NCBI GenBank assembly: GCA_964016885.1
Contig: OZ024741.1
Location: forward strand, 400,458,001 to 400,522,000
Direction of reading: 5' to 3'
DNA length: 64,000 nt
From: Eledone cirrhosa
Taxonomy: Eukaryota
Shown here: positions 61,001 to 64,000 of the stretch, piece by piece
How positions within the stretch are numbered: the first letter of the stretch is position 1
Layout: every line of letters starts with the position of its first letter
The notes under the pieces: model-generated
Database searches by the model: none
The model's input: the letters and a program-made list of their open reading frames with translations, nothing else
What the model was told of the DNA's origin: nothing
Translations under genes and position numbers: made by a program

Positions 61001-62817
61001 GTCGATGGATACGCCTGCGGAACGTACAGGGAAGCCTGCTTGAGGCGTGGACTTTTAGAAGATGACGCACAATGGGATGCAACCTTGACGGAAGCTGCCA
61101 TCTCACAATCATCCCGTAGTCTAAGGGCACTTTTTGCTATCCTCTTGCACGTCTGTGAATTGAGCGATCCTTACTCTTTATGGCAAAAGTTTAAAGATGA
61201 TTTCGCAGGCGAATATAGGCGTCTCGTTCAATTGCAATCTCAAAACTTAGATGTTGGCTTTTCAGACGCTATATATAACAGAGCTCTGATAGTTATTGAA
61301 GACAGAGTGGCTTCAATGGGCGGAGATGTCTTGGAGAAATATGGGCTTCCGCAAACACTTCGAGATGCGCCATCTGACATTCCCAACGACATTATACATG
61401 AAACGTCATAGGATGTCGACGAACTCAAAAGGTTGAAGAAAATGAACCAAAACTTCTAATGGATCAAAAACAAGCCTACAGCATTGTCGTTGATTCCATC
61501 CGTAATCGGGGAGGGGGTATATTCTTCCTGGACGCACCTGGGGGCACGGGCAAAACATTTGTAATCAAACTTTTACTCGCTGCAGTGAGGCAACACGGAA
61601 ACATCGCATTGGCCGTGACTTCTTCCGGAGTTGCAGCAACTTTGCTTCCTGGTGGCAGGACGGCTCATTCTGCCTTCAGTCTTCCTCTCAACGTGGCATC
61701 ATCTGAGACACCCACGTCCAACATCAGCAAGTCTTCCGGAAAAGCACTGGTGTTAAAGCGCTGCCTACTAATTGTTTAGGACGAATGCACAATGGCCCAC
61801 AAGGCGGCTGTCGAGGCATTAGACCGGTCACTCAGAGACATCAGGGACTGTCAAGAACCAATGGGAGGAGTCACTTTCCTGTTATCTGGGGACTTCCGAC
61901 AGACTCTCCCTGTAATCCCAAAAGGTACACGGGCTGATGAGGTTGGTGCATGTCTTAAGGCCTCCCCACTTTGGCGTTATGTAAGAAAGCTGACGCTTAC
62001 AACAAACATGAGAGCACAACTGCAAGGTGATGAGACATCAGCGGGTTTTGCTGCTGCCATTTTCTCATTGGGAGATGGCAAAGTCCCACTCGACGGAGAT
62101 GGTGCAGCGGACCTCACAGGGATTTGCAGATGCGTTAAGTCAATTGCTGAGTTACGGACGTCTGTTTTTCCTAATCTTGAGGAGAACTACACAAATCAAG
62201 AGTGGTTGTGTGAACGCGCAATATTGGCTTCGAAAAACCACATGGTTGGAAGCATCAATGAACAGCTCATGCTGTGCTTGCCTGGAGACCTGCACGTCTA
62301 CAAGTCCCTTGACTCTATGGCTGATCCGGACGAAGTTGTTAATTACCCCACAGAATTTCTTAACTCCCTAGACCCTCCCAGATTTCCACCACACGTACTA
62401 CGACTTAAGAAAGGTGCCCCTGTCATGCTCTTCAGGAATTTGGAACCGCGAATGCTTTCCAACGGCACGCGTCTGGTCGTCCAAAAGGCGATGCCTCATG
62501 TTATTGAGGCAACAATACTTACAGGATGTGGTAAGGGGGATACTGTCTTCATACCAAGGATACCTCTCATTCCATCCAGTAAAGACATTTCTTTCACATT
62601 CAGAAGGCTGCAATTCCCTCTCCGACTCAGTTTCGCCATGTCGATTAACAAATCACAGGGTCAGACGCTGACGGTCGTAGGGCTTAATTTAGAAGAACCG
62701 TGCTTCTCCCATGGTCAACTATATGTTGGCTGCTCTCGAGTGAGGAGCTGACATAACCTATTTGCTTTTGCAACTCGCAAGAAAACCCAAAATATAGTCT
62801 ATAAGGAAGTTTTGTAG
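58079..62817 (+). pseudogene. Helitron Rep/Helicase (Zn finger, HUH-Y2 Rep, Pif1-like SF1 helicase) broken by stops, frameshifts and a deletion
   Basis: CQFC..CC; FVTFTCNP; VEWQKRGLPHAH; YVCKYVNKG; DAPGGTGKT; GDFRQTLPV; FAMSINKSQGQT; HGQLYVGCSRV spread over at least 6 ORF pieces. Confidence 0.96.
58275..58635 (+). repeat. 63-bp (21-codon) tandem repeat in the Rep/Hel N-terminus
   Basis: gctcgcgctcgagaggatgaaggacgacgtgccgtttaacaaagcagggtcgccggtgcaacatccgtt, about 5.5 copies. Confidence 0.92.
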
Positions 62818-63569
62818 GCACTCCATCCGCCAACAAGTATCGGTGTTTTTTTTTTTTTGTATAAGTGCTTACATTTGCTGTATCTGTGCTATTTTTGTCA
62901 TTTTGACAATACCACGTACGCCTCTGAGGTTGCTTTTACTATACGTTATAAATGTTCAATGTCTCCGTTTTCCGCATTTATATGTTGCTATTACGCTTTG
63001 CTATCGATGTTCCATAGTTTTAACCTAATTAATTTACTTTTCCCTACATCTTATTTACACGTTTTTTTGACATTCCAGCGTGATCTTGCCAATACCGTTT
63101 TTGTGGCCACCGACTGTTACATGCTTTTCTAGGTTATAATGTCAAATAACAAGCAAAGCAAATACGACACACCAAAGTGGTGTGAAGGACTTCTTAAGGG
63201 CCACCACCTCTAATCGGAGTCGTCTTTGCTGATAGCTCTGCCGCTGGGACTTTTAAAAGTGAACGATCCAAGGCCCTCTTCAGGGCCACCAAGTTTAAAT
63301 TGTTACCATCGGATTCATCTTTGCTGGCAGCACCGCAGCAGAGATATTTCAAAGTGAACGTTCATAGCCCTTCTTTAGGGCCAACACCTATACATTGATA
63401 CTTCTATAGTCGTATTTAACGGAAGTCTTTCGGTTCATTTGAAGGACTACTCCATTGAGTGTTATACCGAGCAACGCCGGGTACCTCTGCTAGTCTTAAC
63501 TAAAAGGTACATATTACATCTGAACCTGTATTAACTTAGAATGTCTGTACTGGCTACTGGTAGAAGGTA

Positions 63570-63925
63570 CTGTGTGTTTGTGTGTGTATGCACGCGCGCG
63601 CGTGTGTGTGTAAGTATATAACTGTGTGTGTGTGCGTGTACAAGTGTATGTGAATGTAAGTGTAAGTGTATGTTGGTGTATGTGGGTGTACGTGTGTGTC
63701 TGTGTATAGGTGTGTGTGCGCGTATGTATGTAGATGTGGGTATGTGTGAGTGTATGTGTGTGTATAAATGTATATGTGAATGTAAATGTATGTCGGTGTG
63801 TATGTGTGTGAGTGTGTGTGTGTGTGTAAATGTATATGTGAGTGTAAACTGTATGTGTGTATGTATAAATCTGTGTGTGCGTGTGTAAATGTATATGTGA
63901 GTGTAAACCTGTATGTGTAAATATA
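63570..63925. repeat. Degenerate (GT)n/(GTAT)n microsatellite
   Basis: Low-complexity TG-rich tract. Confidence 0.9.
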
Positions 63926-64000
63926 ATAGGGTGAGTGAGTCCGTAAGAGGACAAAGTAAATATCAAAGGGTCAGTCCTTGCCCTCACATGGGAGGGGGTC

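Larger units (their letters stand above)
55472..63493 (+). mobile_element. Full-length Helitron (8022 bp), coding region disrupted
   Basis: 5' TC, subterminal hairpin-like taccgagcaacgccgggta, 3' CTAG; inserted at gggatcA^Tcttaac; Rep/Hel motifs. Confidence 0.96.

Noticed and set aside
61459-62751. Host PIF1 helicase gene
   Set aside because: Lies within TC...CTAG Helitron termini, downstream of HUH Rep motifs, and is interrupted by stops
63514-63987. 157-aa His/Thr-rich ORF
   Set aside because: Antisense translation of a (GT)n-rich microsatellite

Overview
AT-rich, repeat-saturated eukaryotic (animal) DNA. The SINE, RTE LINE, piggyBac-MITE and (AT)n/(ATG)n content points to a coleoid cephalopod such as Octopus (inference). 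No host gene is supported. 1-14.3 kb: a 78-bp minisatellite, many tRNA-derived SINEs, a 5'-truncated RTE LINE with a PHD finger after its RT core, a Penelope-like RT fragment and several fold-back elements. 14.7-49.5 kb: a ~35-kb, 42-bp-monomer satellite with kb-scale higher-order duplications, which explains nearly all ORFs there. 49.5-64 kb: 24-bp and 44-bp minisatellites, a piggyBac-type MITE, a 516-bp non-autonomous Helitron and a full-length but disrupted 8.0-kb Helitron inserted at an A^T site in the 44-bp array. The main hidden signal is 10 minimal type I hammerhead ribozyme motifs from 5 sequence families. All have a palindromic or near-palindromic stem III, and most lie in inverted or circularly permuted non-coding units (Penelope pLTR / retrozyme-like). 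There is also a candidate HDV-like fold and a second covarying RNA structure inside the Helitron. All alignments and folds were done by eye.
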